Source: Sphingobacteriales bacterium
GTDB lineage: Bacteria; Bacteroidota; Bacteroidia; Chitinophagales; CAIOSU01
DNA length: 64,000 nucleotides
Assembly (NCBI GenBank): GCA_027486795.1
Contig: JAIXOI010000057.1
Span: 26,896 to 90,895, forward strand
Direction of reading: 5' to 3'
Shown: in pieces, positions 1 through 8,692 of the stretch
How positions within the stretch are numbered: position 1 is the stretch's first letter
How the letters are laid out: every line of letters starts with the position of its first letter
Made by a program: the position numbers and the translations under genes
Notes under the pieces: model-generated
The model's database searches: none
Told to the model about the DNA's origin: nothing
Seen by the model: only the letters and a program-made list of their open reading frames with translations

Positions 1-458
1 TGGCGCTTTTGCGGCAGGCCGCCTACATAGTACTCAAAGTTATGGATGCGCATTTCTTGATGGTGATGCCCCACCAGCAGGTTGGGCAAACCAGGTGCCA
101 CCCCGCAATCAACTATGGCGGTTACGCCATTTTCTTGGGCTAGTTTGTTTAGCTCAAAAGGATCTTCCTCAAAAAAAGAAATATCCACCAAATTAATACC
201 CGCCTCAATAACTGCTTTTGCCATGGCAAACCCCAAAAAGCCAGGCACTGCGCCTACCACCAAATCAAAACCTTGAATGGCTTTTTTTATGTGGTCGGGC
301 TTGCTTAGGTCGGCAACTACGGTGTTAATACCGCGCTCAGCTAATGGCAGCAAAGCCTTTGTGCTTATATCGGCACTGGTTACGGTGTGCTGTTTCGCCA
401 AATCGAGCGCCATGGCGCTACCCACCATTCCTGCGCCAAGTACTATTATGTTTGCCAT
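1..458 (-). CDS. Saccharopine dehydrogenase-like NAD(P)-binding protein (N-terminal part; rest lies outside the window)
   Basis: Reverse translation from the ATG at 458 reads MANIIVLGAGMVGSAMALDLAK (Rossmann GxGxxG) ...GAVPGFLGFAMAKAVIEAGINLVDISFFEEDP...VDCGVAPG, typical of the Sacchrp_dh_NADP family. It is absent from the ORF track because it runs off the window edge. Confidence 0.65.
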   Translation of the reverse strand, partial: MANIIVLGAGMVGSAMALDLAKQHTVTSADISTKALLPLAERGINTVVADLSKPDHIKKAIQGFDLVVGAVPGFLGFAMAKAVIEAGINLVDISFFEEDPFELNKLAQENGVTAIVDCGVAPGLPNLLVGHHHQEMRIHNFEYYVGGLPQKR

Positions 459-533
459 ACGGCTAAAATAGCAAACCCACCTTTGATAACCTATTTAGTG
501 CCTTACTGATATTTTGTAAGTAAGCATTTCTTT

Positions 534-557
534 ACCTATTTGGATGCGCTTGCAACG
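534..557. repeat. Left copy of a bipartite direct repeat, ACCTATTTGG-N6-TTGCAACG, flanking the MmeI-like gene
   Basis: ACCTATTTGG at 534-543 and TTGCAACG at 550-557. The same two words recur in the same order at 3594-3603 and 3616-3623. A partial extra copy, AACCTATTT, lies at 488-496. Confidence 0.7.
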
Positions 558-635
558 CCACCACAAGAGTTGAATAAGTATGATCGCGCTTTGGAAAATT
601 CACCTCTGCGCTACAATTGGTAAAGGACCCAATGA

Positions 636-3515
636 TTAGGTTATTTGGGTCTTTTTTTCCTTTTTTGGTTTCTCTTTAGTAAACAAGTTAGCGGTATATT
701 TTTCATATAGTTCAAACAAAAAAACCATTCGGTTGGCATCACTAGTAAATGCCTGTGCTCTGTATGCCAAGTCCACAGCCTTATCCAATTCGTTATGTGC
801 TTTTACCAAAGTTGGTGGCATGGTCGTTGGGTCATATAGGTCGGCCAAAGAGCTATTAGGAAACTGCGTCCTTACATCTAATACTTTGTGCGCAGCAGCT
901 TCAATTGCTTTTATTTGTTTTTCGCTTGGGTTTTCGGGCCAAGGGAAGTTGTTGTACACAATATCTTTTGAATAGCGAAAATCACTTTTTAGCCGTCCAC
1001 AAACAGTTTTTACCCATGCCATGTGCAAGCTAGACATTAGCACCCCGAAGTGATACAATTTTCCGTTTGGCATTATTAAATTACCATTAGTTGAAATGGT
1101 ATTTTTATCTATGAAGCCCATTGGAATAAATTTTCTTCTTTCCGAGGAAACTACTGGGATAACTAAGCATCGTTCAGGATTATTTGTTTCTCTAAAAAGA
1201 GTAGGCGGAAGGTTTTGCATACCTTTATCGGTGCTATTTAATCTGTCAATTCTGACACGATTAACTCGTTCCATTACTAAAGGCATTTTTCTTAACTCAT
1301 TTGGTGGACAATCAACCAACCAAAGACAGTGTCGCTTTCTGTTATTGATAAATTCATCAGCACCAATTAATAGTTTTATCCATTTTTCTGCATTTGGCTC
1401 CTTGGATAACAAAAGCGCTAAGTCTTCTTCCTCCACGATTAAGCCTTCACTCTTCGCGTAATAATTTCCCTTTATGATTTCTGGAGCACTACAGATTGGC
1501 TTTTTCTTTTTTTCAACCAACAAATCTTTCGCATCAATCAAATAAGCATTGATATTCTTTGCCTTAATTTCATGGGCCTCGCCTTTAATATCCTCATAAT
1601 CAAAAATAAACTTGTTCATTGTATCATTGTTTGCGAAGCCAACTATGATACAATAAACCGCAGCATTTCCTTTGGCTTCATTATTCCATTTAAAAGTACG
1701 ATGGGCAAAATGAATTTTAATGCCGTATTTGTTTTGTAAAACACCCCAAAGTAAATGAGTCTGTTCACCTTGTACAATAGAATTTGTAGAGACGAATGCA
1801 ACTCTAATTTGGGTACCTTGTATATATTTGGCAGCCTTAATGTACCAACCTGTAACATAGTCGAGCGTGCCTCCACCTCCTACATTTCCATATAGTTTTC
1901 CAATTTGGTCACGTTGATATTGTTTCATTATATTGGACCCAATGAACGGTGGGTTGCCTATTATAAAGTCAAATTTCGTTTCATTTAATGGTTCCGGTTT
2001 ACCTTTATGTACTGAAAAAGATTCTACCTGAACATTTACTTTCCCATACTCTTGAGCAGGTTCGTTGACTATATAAACATTGGCATGCTTTGCTACAACG
2101 TCAATAGTATTAACTGGGTTTAGCAACGTTTGCCACTCAATTTCTAAAGCATCGCCATGCACTATAGTTGCGGCTTTTTTGAGTGGTAACCTTACAAAAT
2201 ATTGCCCAAATTCATTGCTAATTTGCATATTCATTTGGTGGTCAATTAGCCACATAGCTACTTCGGCAATCCGTGCCGGAAACTCTTCATACTCTATGCC
2301 ATAAAACTGATCAACATCCAGCCAAATTATTTCTCTAACGTCAAGAAAACCTTGTCCATCTTTGTTCAGCTTGCGCAATATAGCCAACTCTAGAAGCCTC
2401 AGCTCACGATAAGTTATTATCAGAAAATTGCCACAACCACAAGCAGGGTCAAGAAACTTTAGGGTGCTTAACTTTTTATGAAATTCGGGAAGTTTGTTTT
2501 TGTTGTCTTTTATACTTTCAAATTCTTTCCAGAGATCGTCCAAAAAAAGTGGTTTGATGAGCTTCAAGATATTGGTTTCGCTGGTGTAGTGCGCTCCTAA
2601 GTTTCTGCGCTCTTTGGGGTTCATTACGCTTTGAAACATTGACCCAAAAATTGCTGGTGATATCTTACTCCAGTCAATATAGCAACAATCAAGCAAGGCT
2701 TGACGCATCTTTGTGTCAAAGCTTGCCGTTGGCAGGTTTTCTTGAAAAAGCTTTCCGTTTACATAAGGAAAGTCGGCAAGTTGTTCGTCAAGATTTTTAA
2801 ACCGATTTTCTTGTGGCGTGTTTAACACTTGAAAGAGTTCTTGCAATTTTGATGCAAGGTCGCTACCGTCAATATTGGTTCGTTGTTCAATATATTCTTG
2901 AAACTGTTGCTTGTTGAAAATTGTAGTGTCTTCAGCAAACAAACAGAACAAAATACGAACCAAGTAAACTTCTAAAGGGTGTCCAGTATATCCAATTTCT
3001 TCGAGCCTATCGTGTAATTTACCCATTAACTCAGCCGCCCGGATGTTTGCTGGGTCCTGCTCTTTGTAAACTTTTTTCTGGTAGCCAATTAAGTAACCGA
3101 AATGCTGAACATTATTTACAAGGTCTTTAATTTTAAATTCAACTGTCTTTGATTCTTCCTGGTCATACAATCGGAAGTTTTCAAAGTCAGAAACAAGTAT
3201 GTATTTCGGAAGTTCGTGTTCTTTTAAACCGTGCAAATATTCTTTGGCTTGCTCAAAAGCCTTATCCAGGTTTTTGCCCTTGCTTTTCATCTCAACCAAA
3301 ATCATACCCTTCCACAGCAGGTCAATGTATCCATCTTTTTCACCTAGTTTCTTTACCCTATGCTCAAATGTTGAAACCCTTTTGCTAGTGATATCAAAAA
3401 CTTTGAAAAACTCAACCAAAAACGGTTTGGCGTCAGCCTCTTCATTTGAAGTATCTGCCCATTCATTGGAGAAATTTAATGCTCTACTTTTTATCTCGTT
3501 CCAACTTAAAACCAT
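636..3515 (-). CDS. MmeI-family type IIG/IIL restriction-modification enzyme (fused endonuclease, N6-adenine methyltransferase and target recognition domain)
   Basis: 959 aa. The N-terminus, MVLSWNEIKSRALNFSNEW...AKPFLVEFFKVF, is near-collinear with MmeI as I recall it. It has the PD-(D/E)xK-like D...EMK motif (IDLLWKGMILVEMKSKGK), SAM motif I (FLDPACGCGNFL), catalytic motif IV (NPPF) and a long C-terminal TRD. Confidence 0.9.
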   Translation of the reverse strand: MVLSWNEIKSRALNFSNEWADTSNEEADAKPFLVEFFKVFDITSKRVSTFEHRVKKLGEKDGYIDLLWKGMILVEMKSKGKNLDKAFEQAKEYLHGLKEHELPKYILVSDFENFRLYDQEESKTVEFKIKDLVNNVQHFGYLIGYQKKVYKEQDPANIRAAELMGKLHDRLEEIGYTGHPLEVYLVRILFCLFAEDTTIFNKQQFQEYIEQRTNIDGSDLASKLQELFQVLNTPQENRFKNLDEQLADFPYVNGKLFQENLPTASFDTKMRQALLDCCYIDWSKISPAIFGSMFQSVMNPKERRNLGAHYTSETNILKLIKPLFLDDLWKEFESIKDNKNKLPEFHKKLSTLKFLDPACGCGNFLIITYRELRLLELAILRKLNKDGQGFLDVREIIWLDVDQFYGIEYEEFPARIAEVAMWLIDHQMNMQISNEFGQYFVRLPLKKAATIVHGDALEIEWQTLLNPVNTIDVVAKHANVYIVNEPAQEYGKVNVQVESFSVHKGKPEPLNETKFDFIIGNPPFIGSNIMKQYQRDQIGKLYGNVGGGGTLDYVTGWYIKAAKYIQGTQIRVAFVSTNSIVQGEQTHLLWGVLQNKYGIKIHFAHRTFKWNNEAKGNAAVYCIIVGFANNDTMNKFIFDYEDIKGEAHEIKAKNINAYLIDAKDLLVEKKKKPICSAPEIIKGNYYAKSEGLIVEEEDLALLLSKEPNAEKWIKLLIGADEFINNRKRHCLWLVDCPPNELRKMPLVMERVNRVRIDRLNSTDKGMQNLPPTLFRETNNPERCLVIPVVSSERRKFIPMGFIDKNTISTNGNLIMPNGKLYHFGVLMSSLHMAWVKTVCGRLKSDFRYSKDIVYNNFPWPENPSEKQIKAIEAAAHKVLDVRTQFPNSSLADLYDPTTMPPTLVKAHNELDKAVDLAYRAQAFTSDANRMVFLFELYEKYTANLFTKEKPKKEKKTQIT

Positions 3516-3593
3516 GCTGATTTTTTAACTGTTTTTTATAATTGAATATTGCAAATGCTGATTGCTAGGGATTGCAACTGTAACTAAATTTTA

Positions 3594-3623
3594 ACCTATT
3601 TGGTTAGGTTTTTTATTGCAACG
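3594..3623. repeat. Right copy of the bipartite direct repeat, ACCTATTTGG-N12-TTGCAACG
   Basis: Exact 10-mer and 8-mer matches to 534-543 and 550-557, in the same order and orientation. Confidence 0.7.
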
Positions 3624-3817
3624 AAGAGATTTAAACTACTTCGAACCACCAAGCTACAAAAACTGTTGCAAAACATCATACTCATATACTACCAATGCCG
3701 AATGTTTAGTCGTGTGCAATAACTAATGTTCATTAAAGCAAAAGACTAGGAATGTAGGCAAAGTCATACTAGCAGAATATTCCACCCATCATACGCAAAT
3801 TAAAAGAGCATTTAAAG

Positions 3818-3825
3818 TAGCTTTG
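3818..3825 (+). promoter_or_regulatory. Candidate Bacteroidota -7 promoter box (TAGCTTTG = TAnnTTTG), 4 nt before the ATG at 3830
   Basis: Exact match to the TAnnTTTG consensus. No clear -33 TTTG at the proper spacing. Confidence 0.4.
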
Positions 3826-3829
3826 CACC

Positions 3830-4141
3830 ATGTCTCCAAACCGATTGCGAAATATAATGATTGGCATTACCTTGGCATCGGTGGTGGTGATGGTAGTGGC
3901 ATCGTATGTACTGAAGGATACGCCGCGCCAAGGCGGGTTTGTAAAAACTACCCCAAGTGGCCTAAGCCAACAAAACAAAAAGGAATACTACCCTACAGGC
4001 GAGCTGCGTGCCGAGGGCATGATGGATGGTTACTATAAAGAGGGCGAATGGATATATTATCGCAAAGATGGTAGCGTTGAGTTGGTAGAATATTACCACC
4101 AAGGCAATGTGGTTGATAGCAGCGCATTGGAAAGAAAATGA
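3830..4141 (+). CDS. Small membrane-anchored MORN-variant repeat protein
   Basis: One N-terminal TM segment (IMIGITLASVVVMVVASYVL), then YYPTGELRAEGMMDGYYKEGEWIYYRKDGSVELVEYYHQG, a MORN-variant/YwqK-like repeat pattern. Confidence 0.55.
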   Translation: MSPNRLRNIMIGITLASVVVMVVASYVLKDTPRQGGFVKTTPSGLSQQNKKEYYPTGELRAEGMMDGYYKEGEWIYYRKDGSVELVEYYHQGNVVDSSALERK

Positions 4142-5297
4142 GCGCTTTGATATTTATCACCTGTTTTCTCTCGACCACAGCACGTACTTTTGTGTTGTAT
4201 GGGTGGTACATCGCAAAATAAACATCGTGAACAATCTCCAGCAAAAGTCTAATTCTCAACAATCAGCAGTCGGTATATGGTTGCTCATAGGCGTGTTTAT
4301 GCTATTGATGCAGATTGTTATTGGCGGTGTAACGCGCCTTACGGGCTCGGGTTTAAGTATTACCAAATGGGAAATTGTGACAGGCACTATACCACCAATA
4401 GGTGAGGCGGAGTGGCAAGAGGCATTTGATTTGTACAAAGCATCGCCGCAATATGCCAAAATAAACCAAGGCATGGAGATGGGCGATTTTAAGTTCATCT
4501 TCTTTTGGGAGTATTTCCATCGTCTTTGGGCACGCTTAATGGGGTTTGTGTTCCTGTTTCCGTTTATCTATTTTTTAGCAAAGGGCTATTTGCGCAATAA
4601 GCTAGCCTTGCACCTTATAGGGGTAGTAGCATTGGCTATGGTGGTGGCATCGTTTGGCTGGATAATGGTAGCCAGCGGGTTGGTTAGCCGTCCTTATGTA
4701 AACGCTTATAAGCTCACGCTGCACCTTATGTTGGGCATTAGTTTGTTTGCTTACGTGTTTTGGTTGGCTATCAACTACCTGTGGCCTCGCGATGGGATAG
4801 CCAAACTGCAAGGTTTGAAAGGATGGAGCACAGGGGTAATTGCGGTGGCCGTTATACAACTGATATTGGGTGGCCTCATGAGCGGCATGAAGGCTGGTTT
4901 GTTCTTCCCTACTTGGCCTGATATGAATGGTGCTATGCTTCCCGATGTGCTGCAAGATGGCAGTCAGTGGCATTTAGATGCTTTTAAGCATTATGATACC
5001 AATGCCTTTGCCCCTGCCATAGTTCAGTTTGCGCACCGTGGCGTGGCGTATATACTTACGGCGTTGGTGCTAGTATTTACAGTAAGAGCATTCAAACAGC
5101 AGCCAGTTGGGCCAGCCAAGCTTGGTTTTACCCTGTTGCCAGTTTTATTGCTGGTGCAGGTTACGCTGGGTATTGTCACGGTTTTCAATAGCATTGGCAC
5201 TATACCTGTAAGCTGGGGAGTGCTGCACCAAGCGGGCGGGGTGTTACTGCTGGCCAATTTAATTTTTGTTAGGCACTTCTGTTTATCCAAGGCTTAA
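4107..5297 (+). CDS. ctaA: Heme A synthase (COX15/CtaA family)
   Basis: Polytopic membrane protein with GGVTRLTGSGLSITKWE near the N-terminus and conserved His residues (FHRLWA, HLMLG, FAHRGVAY, VLHQAGG). The start is uncertain. The ORF overlaps the previous gene by 35 nt, and the in-frame GTG at 4203 is an alternative start. Confidence 0.8.
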   Translation: MWLIAAHWKENERFDIYHLFSLDHSTYFCVVWVVHRKINIVNNLQQKSNSQQSAVGIWLLIGVFMLLMQIVIGGVTRLTGSGLSITKWEIVTGTIPPIGEAEWQEAFDLYKASPQYAKINQGMEMGDFKFIFFWEYFHRLWARLMGFVFLFPFIYFLAKGYLRNKLALHLIGVVALAMVVASFGWIMVASGLVSRPYVNAYKLTLHLMLGISLFAYVFWLAINYLWPRDGIAKLQGLKGWSTGVIAVAVIQLILGGLMSGMKAGLFFPTWPDMNGAMLPDVLQDGSQWHLDAFKHYDTNAFAPAIVQFAHRGVAYILTALVLVFTVRAFKQQPVGPAKLGFTLLPVLLLVQVTLGIVTVFNSIGTIPVSWGVLHQAGGVLLLANLIFVRHFCLSKA

Positions 5298-5456
5298 AGC
5301 TTTTGGTAGTCATTGTTATCATATTATTTCCTGCTCTTTGCAACGTCTGGTTATTTGTACCAATCTATTGCCCAAACAGTTTATTTACATCGCGTTTACA
5401 TAGCGGTAATATCTATTTGTGTAATTTAGTGGTTCCTCAAACCCCCTTGGTATATA

Positions 5457-6809
5457 ATGAGATTGCTCATAGTTGCGTTCGCCATTCTGGTTAGCCAGAA
5501 CATTCTATTTGCCGGAGCCGGAAACCGCAAATTAATTTCGGGCCCTATGCAGGGCCACACTACTGCCACCTATACCAATATGTGGATTTTGGTTCAAGAT
5601 GCAGGCATGGCTTCGGTTACGCTTATTGACACTTTAACTGGCGCGCGCTACACTACTATGCTCAAAACAGAGGGCAATGCAGTATATGAAGATTATTTTG
5701 CACTCTTGTTTGAGTTTAACGATTTGCCAACCAACCATGTGTACAGGGCCGAGATAACCGTTGACAGTGAACATTACGAAATTGACCGTATTTACCATAC
5801 CGCTAAGACCAATGTAACCGATACCTATCGTTTTATGGTTACCTCATGTGCACTTACCGTGCCTGTTGGTCTGCGTTGGTTGCACCCAGGAATTGAGGAT
5901 AGAACGTACAAACATGTGGTAAAAACCGAAGCCGATTTTAATCTTTGGATTGGGGATTATTTATATTATTTCCCAAAACACTACAAATCGCCCGAAAATA
6001 TGGCTGCGCATTGGGTATGGAAACGGAAAAGGAGGCTTATCGCCAAATTTACCGAAAGCATGCCCCAATATAGTATTTGGGACGACCATGAGTACGGATG
6101 GAACGATGCCGACGCCAGTTTCATTTTCAAAGAGCAATCGCTCAATTTATTCACTAAATACTGGGCAAATCCGGCCTACGGCACTCCTGAGACACCGGGT
6201 TGTTTCTTTAAGTTCGATTATCTCGATTCAGAGTTTTTTATGCTCGACGACCGATATTATCGCACCCAACCCAGTGATAGCATCCCTACAGTTTTAGGTA
6301 CTGGGCAAATGGCTTGGTTTAAACAGAATCTCAAACAATCAAAGGCCGTATTCAAATTCATTAGCATAGGCAGCCAAGTATTCAATCAACTTTCAGAGCA
6401 TGAATGTTATTGGCAATTCAAAGACGAATTGGGCGATATTATCAAATTCATTAAGGACGAGAATATAAGCGGAGTTATCTTCCTAACCGGAGATAGGCAT
6501 CATAGTGAGGTATTGAAACTGGACGTGGAGGGCAGTTACCCATTGTATGAGTTTACCAGCTCGGGCATTACCAGTTTCCGACGTCGCACCCGCAGAACTG
6601 CTGAAAGTGAAAATCCAAATCGCATTCCGGGTACTTTGGCCGATTACCAAAATTATGGCCGCGTAACTATTGAGGGCGAAACGGGCAACCGTGTTTGTTT
6701 AATGGAGATCTTCGATAACCGTGGCAAGCAGGTTTGGGAGTACCGCATTAATCAAAACGAACTTACTGCCAAACCTAGTAATGGAAATGTGCCAGTGAAG
6801 GTGGAGTAG
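5457..6809 (+). CDS. PhoD-like alkaline phosphatase / metallophosphatase
   Basis: Signal peptide, then WDDHEYGWNDAD and FLTGDRHHSE metallophosphatase motifs in a PhoD-like arrangement. Confidence 0.7.
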   Translation: MRLLIVAFAILVSQNILFAGAGNRKLISGPMQGHTTATYTNMWILVQDAGMASVTLIDTLTGARYTTMLKTEGNAVYEDYFALLFEFNDLPTNHVYRAEITVDSEHYEIDRIYHTAKTNVTDTYRFMVTSCALTVPVGLRWLHPGIEDRTYKHVVKTEADFNLWIGDYLYYFPKHYKSPENMAAHWVWKRKRRLIAKFTESMPQYSIWDDHEYGWNDADASFIFKEQSLNLFTKYWANPAYGTPETPGCFFKFDYLDSEFFMLDDRYYRTQPSDSIPTVLGTGQMAWFKQNLKQSKAVFKFISIGSQVFNQLSEHECYWQFKDELGDIIKFIKDENISGVIFLTGDRHHSEVLKLDVEGSYPLYEFTSSGITSFRRRTRRTAESENPNRIPGTLADYQNYGRVTIEGETGNRVCLMEIFDNRGKQVWEYRINQNELTAKPSNGNVPVKVE

Positions 6810-6911
6810 TCTACTTCAGTTAAATTAAGTTAACCCAAAATATCTTCATATTAGTTTATGGAATAGTTGCCGTTGTAGCATCATACACACAAACAACTAA
6901 ACTATTAGCTT

Positions 6912-7823
6912 ATGAAAACCATCTGGCTCTTAACTCTTACCACCATTTTGTTTATCGGTTGCCATTCCGCCTCAGAATCTTCAGATGCTGAAAGTTACAG
7001 TTACGCTTCCACTGAGGCTGACTTAGTATCCAAAGAAAAGTCTGCACCTGAACCAGCGGCATCTCCATCTGTCAAGGTAACCACGAACGGGTTTACTGAT
7101 GCTAACCTAAGTGGTTCGTTTGCAGTTAACCAGCCTTCTACTCCAACCATTAAAACGCCCGACAAAATCATTAAAACGGGCTACATTGAAATGGAGGTAG
7201 ACAATTATGCCAAAACCCTTTCCGATTTAGCCCAAAGGGTACAAGCCGCCCAAGGGTATATTAGTAGCCAAAATGAGCAGCGCGACAACTACCGCATTAC
7301 CAATACCTTGAGCATCAGGGTAGTGAACCAAAACTTCGATGCCCTAATCAATGGACTTGGTGAAATAGCAAAAAAAGTAGTGAGTAAAAGTGTGAACATG
7401 CAGGATGTAAGTGAAGAATATACTGATGTAGCCGCTCGTTTAAAAACCAAAAAGGAAGTAGCAGCGCGCTATAGCGACATTCTGAAATCAGCCAAAACCA
7501 TAAAGGATATTTTAGCGGTCGAGGAGCAATTGCGTGTCATCCGCGAAGAGATTGAATCTTCGGAAGGGCGATTGAAGTACCTAAACGACCAAGTATCGTA
7601 CAGCACTATTACGTTGCAAATATATGAGGAGCTTGAGTACCATGAGCCTGCCGCCCTGCAAGCTAATTTTGGCCAAAAGCTGCTATCGGCAGTTACCGGT
7701 GGCTGGAACGGTTTGCTTGGTTTTACTATTGGGTTGGTAACCATATGGCCTATGCTAATAGTAATAGTGATATCGGTTGTGCTTTTAGTTCGCAGGGTAA
7801 GGCGCAGAAGGGCAGTGGCCTAA
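6912..7823 (+). CDS. DUF4349-like lipoprotein with a C-terminal TM anchor
   Basis: Lipobox (LFIGC), a central coiled-coil region, and the C-terminal TM plus basic tail (WPMLIVIVISVVLLVRRVRRRR) characteristic of DUF4349 proteins. Confidence 0.55.
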   Translation: MKTIWLLTLTTILFIGCHSASESSDAESYSYASTEADLVSKEKSAPEPAASPSVKVTTNGFTDANLSGSFAVNQPSTPTIKTPDKIIKTGYIEMEVDNYAKTLSDLAQRVQAAQGYISSQNEQRDNYRITNTLSIRVVNQNFDALINGLGEIAKKVVSKSVNMQDVSEEYTDVAARLKTKKEVAARYSDILKSAKTIKDILAVEEQLRVIREEIESSEGRLKYLNDQVSYSTITLQIYEELEYHEPAALQANFGQKLLSAVTGGWNGLLGFTIGLVTIWPMLIVIVISVVLLVRRVRRRRAVA

Positions 7824-7864
7824 ATTCATTACTTGCCAGTATTTTGTTAATTTGCAGGCGTAGC

Positions 7865-8692
7865 ATGAATCAGCCCGCAACTATACCCCATTTTGATGTG
7901 CCTGAAGGCAAAAAAGTGTACTTCATTAGCGATGTGCACCTCGGTACGCCCGATGCCAACAGCAGCCGAGTACGTGAAACGTTGTTGGTTGATTGGCTTA
8001 CTGAGATAAGTATAGATGCCGCAGCATTGTTCATTGTTGGCGATTTGTTCGATTTTTGGTACGAATACCGCAAGGCTGTGCCCAAGGGTTATGTGCGGGT
8101 GTTGGGCAAATTGGCGGAGCTGCGCGACAAGGAATTGCCTATCTATTTTTTTACGGGCAACCACGACCAATGGATGTGGGACTACATGCAGCATGAACTA
8201 GGTATACCCGTTTTCAAAAAAGAGCAGCAGACCATTATCAATGGTAAAAAGTTCTTTATTGCTCACGGTGATGGTCTTGGCCCCGGCGACCACGGCTACA
8301 AGTTCATCAAAAAGATATTTACTAACCCGTTTTTCCAATGGTGCTTTCGTTGGGTGCATCCTGATGTTGGCATTACTATTGCTGAGTTTTGGAGCCGCCG
8401 CAGCAGATATGCTAATGGCCCCGTGCTAGAGCATTACTTAGGCGATGATAAGGAGTGGCTGGTGCAGTTTAGCCAAAGCGTGCTGCAAAAAGAACATTTT
8501 GATTACTTAATTTTTGGCCATCGGCACTTGGCGTTGGATATTACCTTCCCTTCGGGTAGCAGGTACCTAAACCTTGGCGATTGGCTCAATTACTATACTT
8601 ATGCCGTATTCGATGGGCAAGACATACAATTACTTTCGTATCGCGATGCTGACCCTAGCCTTGATGTGCTGGTGCGGAAGCTTGGCAGCTAG
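7865..8692 (+). CDS. lpxH: UDP-2,3-diacylglucosamine diphosphatase (LpxH-like metallophosphoesterase)
   Basis: Motifs DVHLG, GDLFDFW, GNHD, HGD and GHRH in LpxH order. I trimmed the ORF to the ATG at 7865 (MNQPATIPHF) because the longer ORF overlaps the preceding gene. Confidence 0.7.
   Translation: MNQPATIPHFDVPEGKKVYFISDVHLGTPDANSSRVRETLLVDWLTEISIDAAALFIVGDLFDFWYEYRKAVPKGYVRVLGKLAELRDKELPIYFFTGNHDQWMWDYMQHELGIPVFKKEQQTIINGKKFFIAHGDGLGPGDHGYKFIKKIFTNPFFQWCFRWVHPDVGITIAEFWSRRSRYANGPVLEHYLGDDKEWLVQFSQSVLQKEHFDYLIFGHRHLALDITFPSGSRYLNLGDWLNYYTYAVFDGQDIQLLSYRDADPSLDVLVRKLGS

Noticed and set aside
626-651. Hairpin GACCCAA-N12-TTGGGTC around the MmeI-like stop codon, as a possible terminator
   Set aside because: The T-run lies on the plus strand, where no gene needs terminating, and is itself the coding sequence of the Lys-rich C-terminus. 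On the gene's own strand no U-tract follows. The signal is ambiguous, so I did not call it.
4107-4202. Overlap of the ctaA ORF with the MORN-protein gene, as a possible frameshift or fusion
   Set aside because: The two frames differ and each protein is complete on its own. The overlap most likely reflects an over-extended ctaA start, with an alternative GTG at 4203.
7745-7864. N-terminal extension of the lpxH-like ORF
   Set aside because: It overlaps the DUF4349 gene end. The conserved metallophosphatase core begins just after the internal ATG at 7865.
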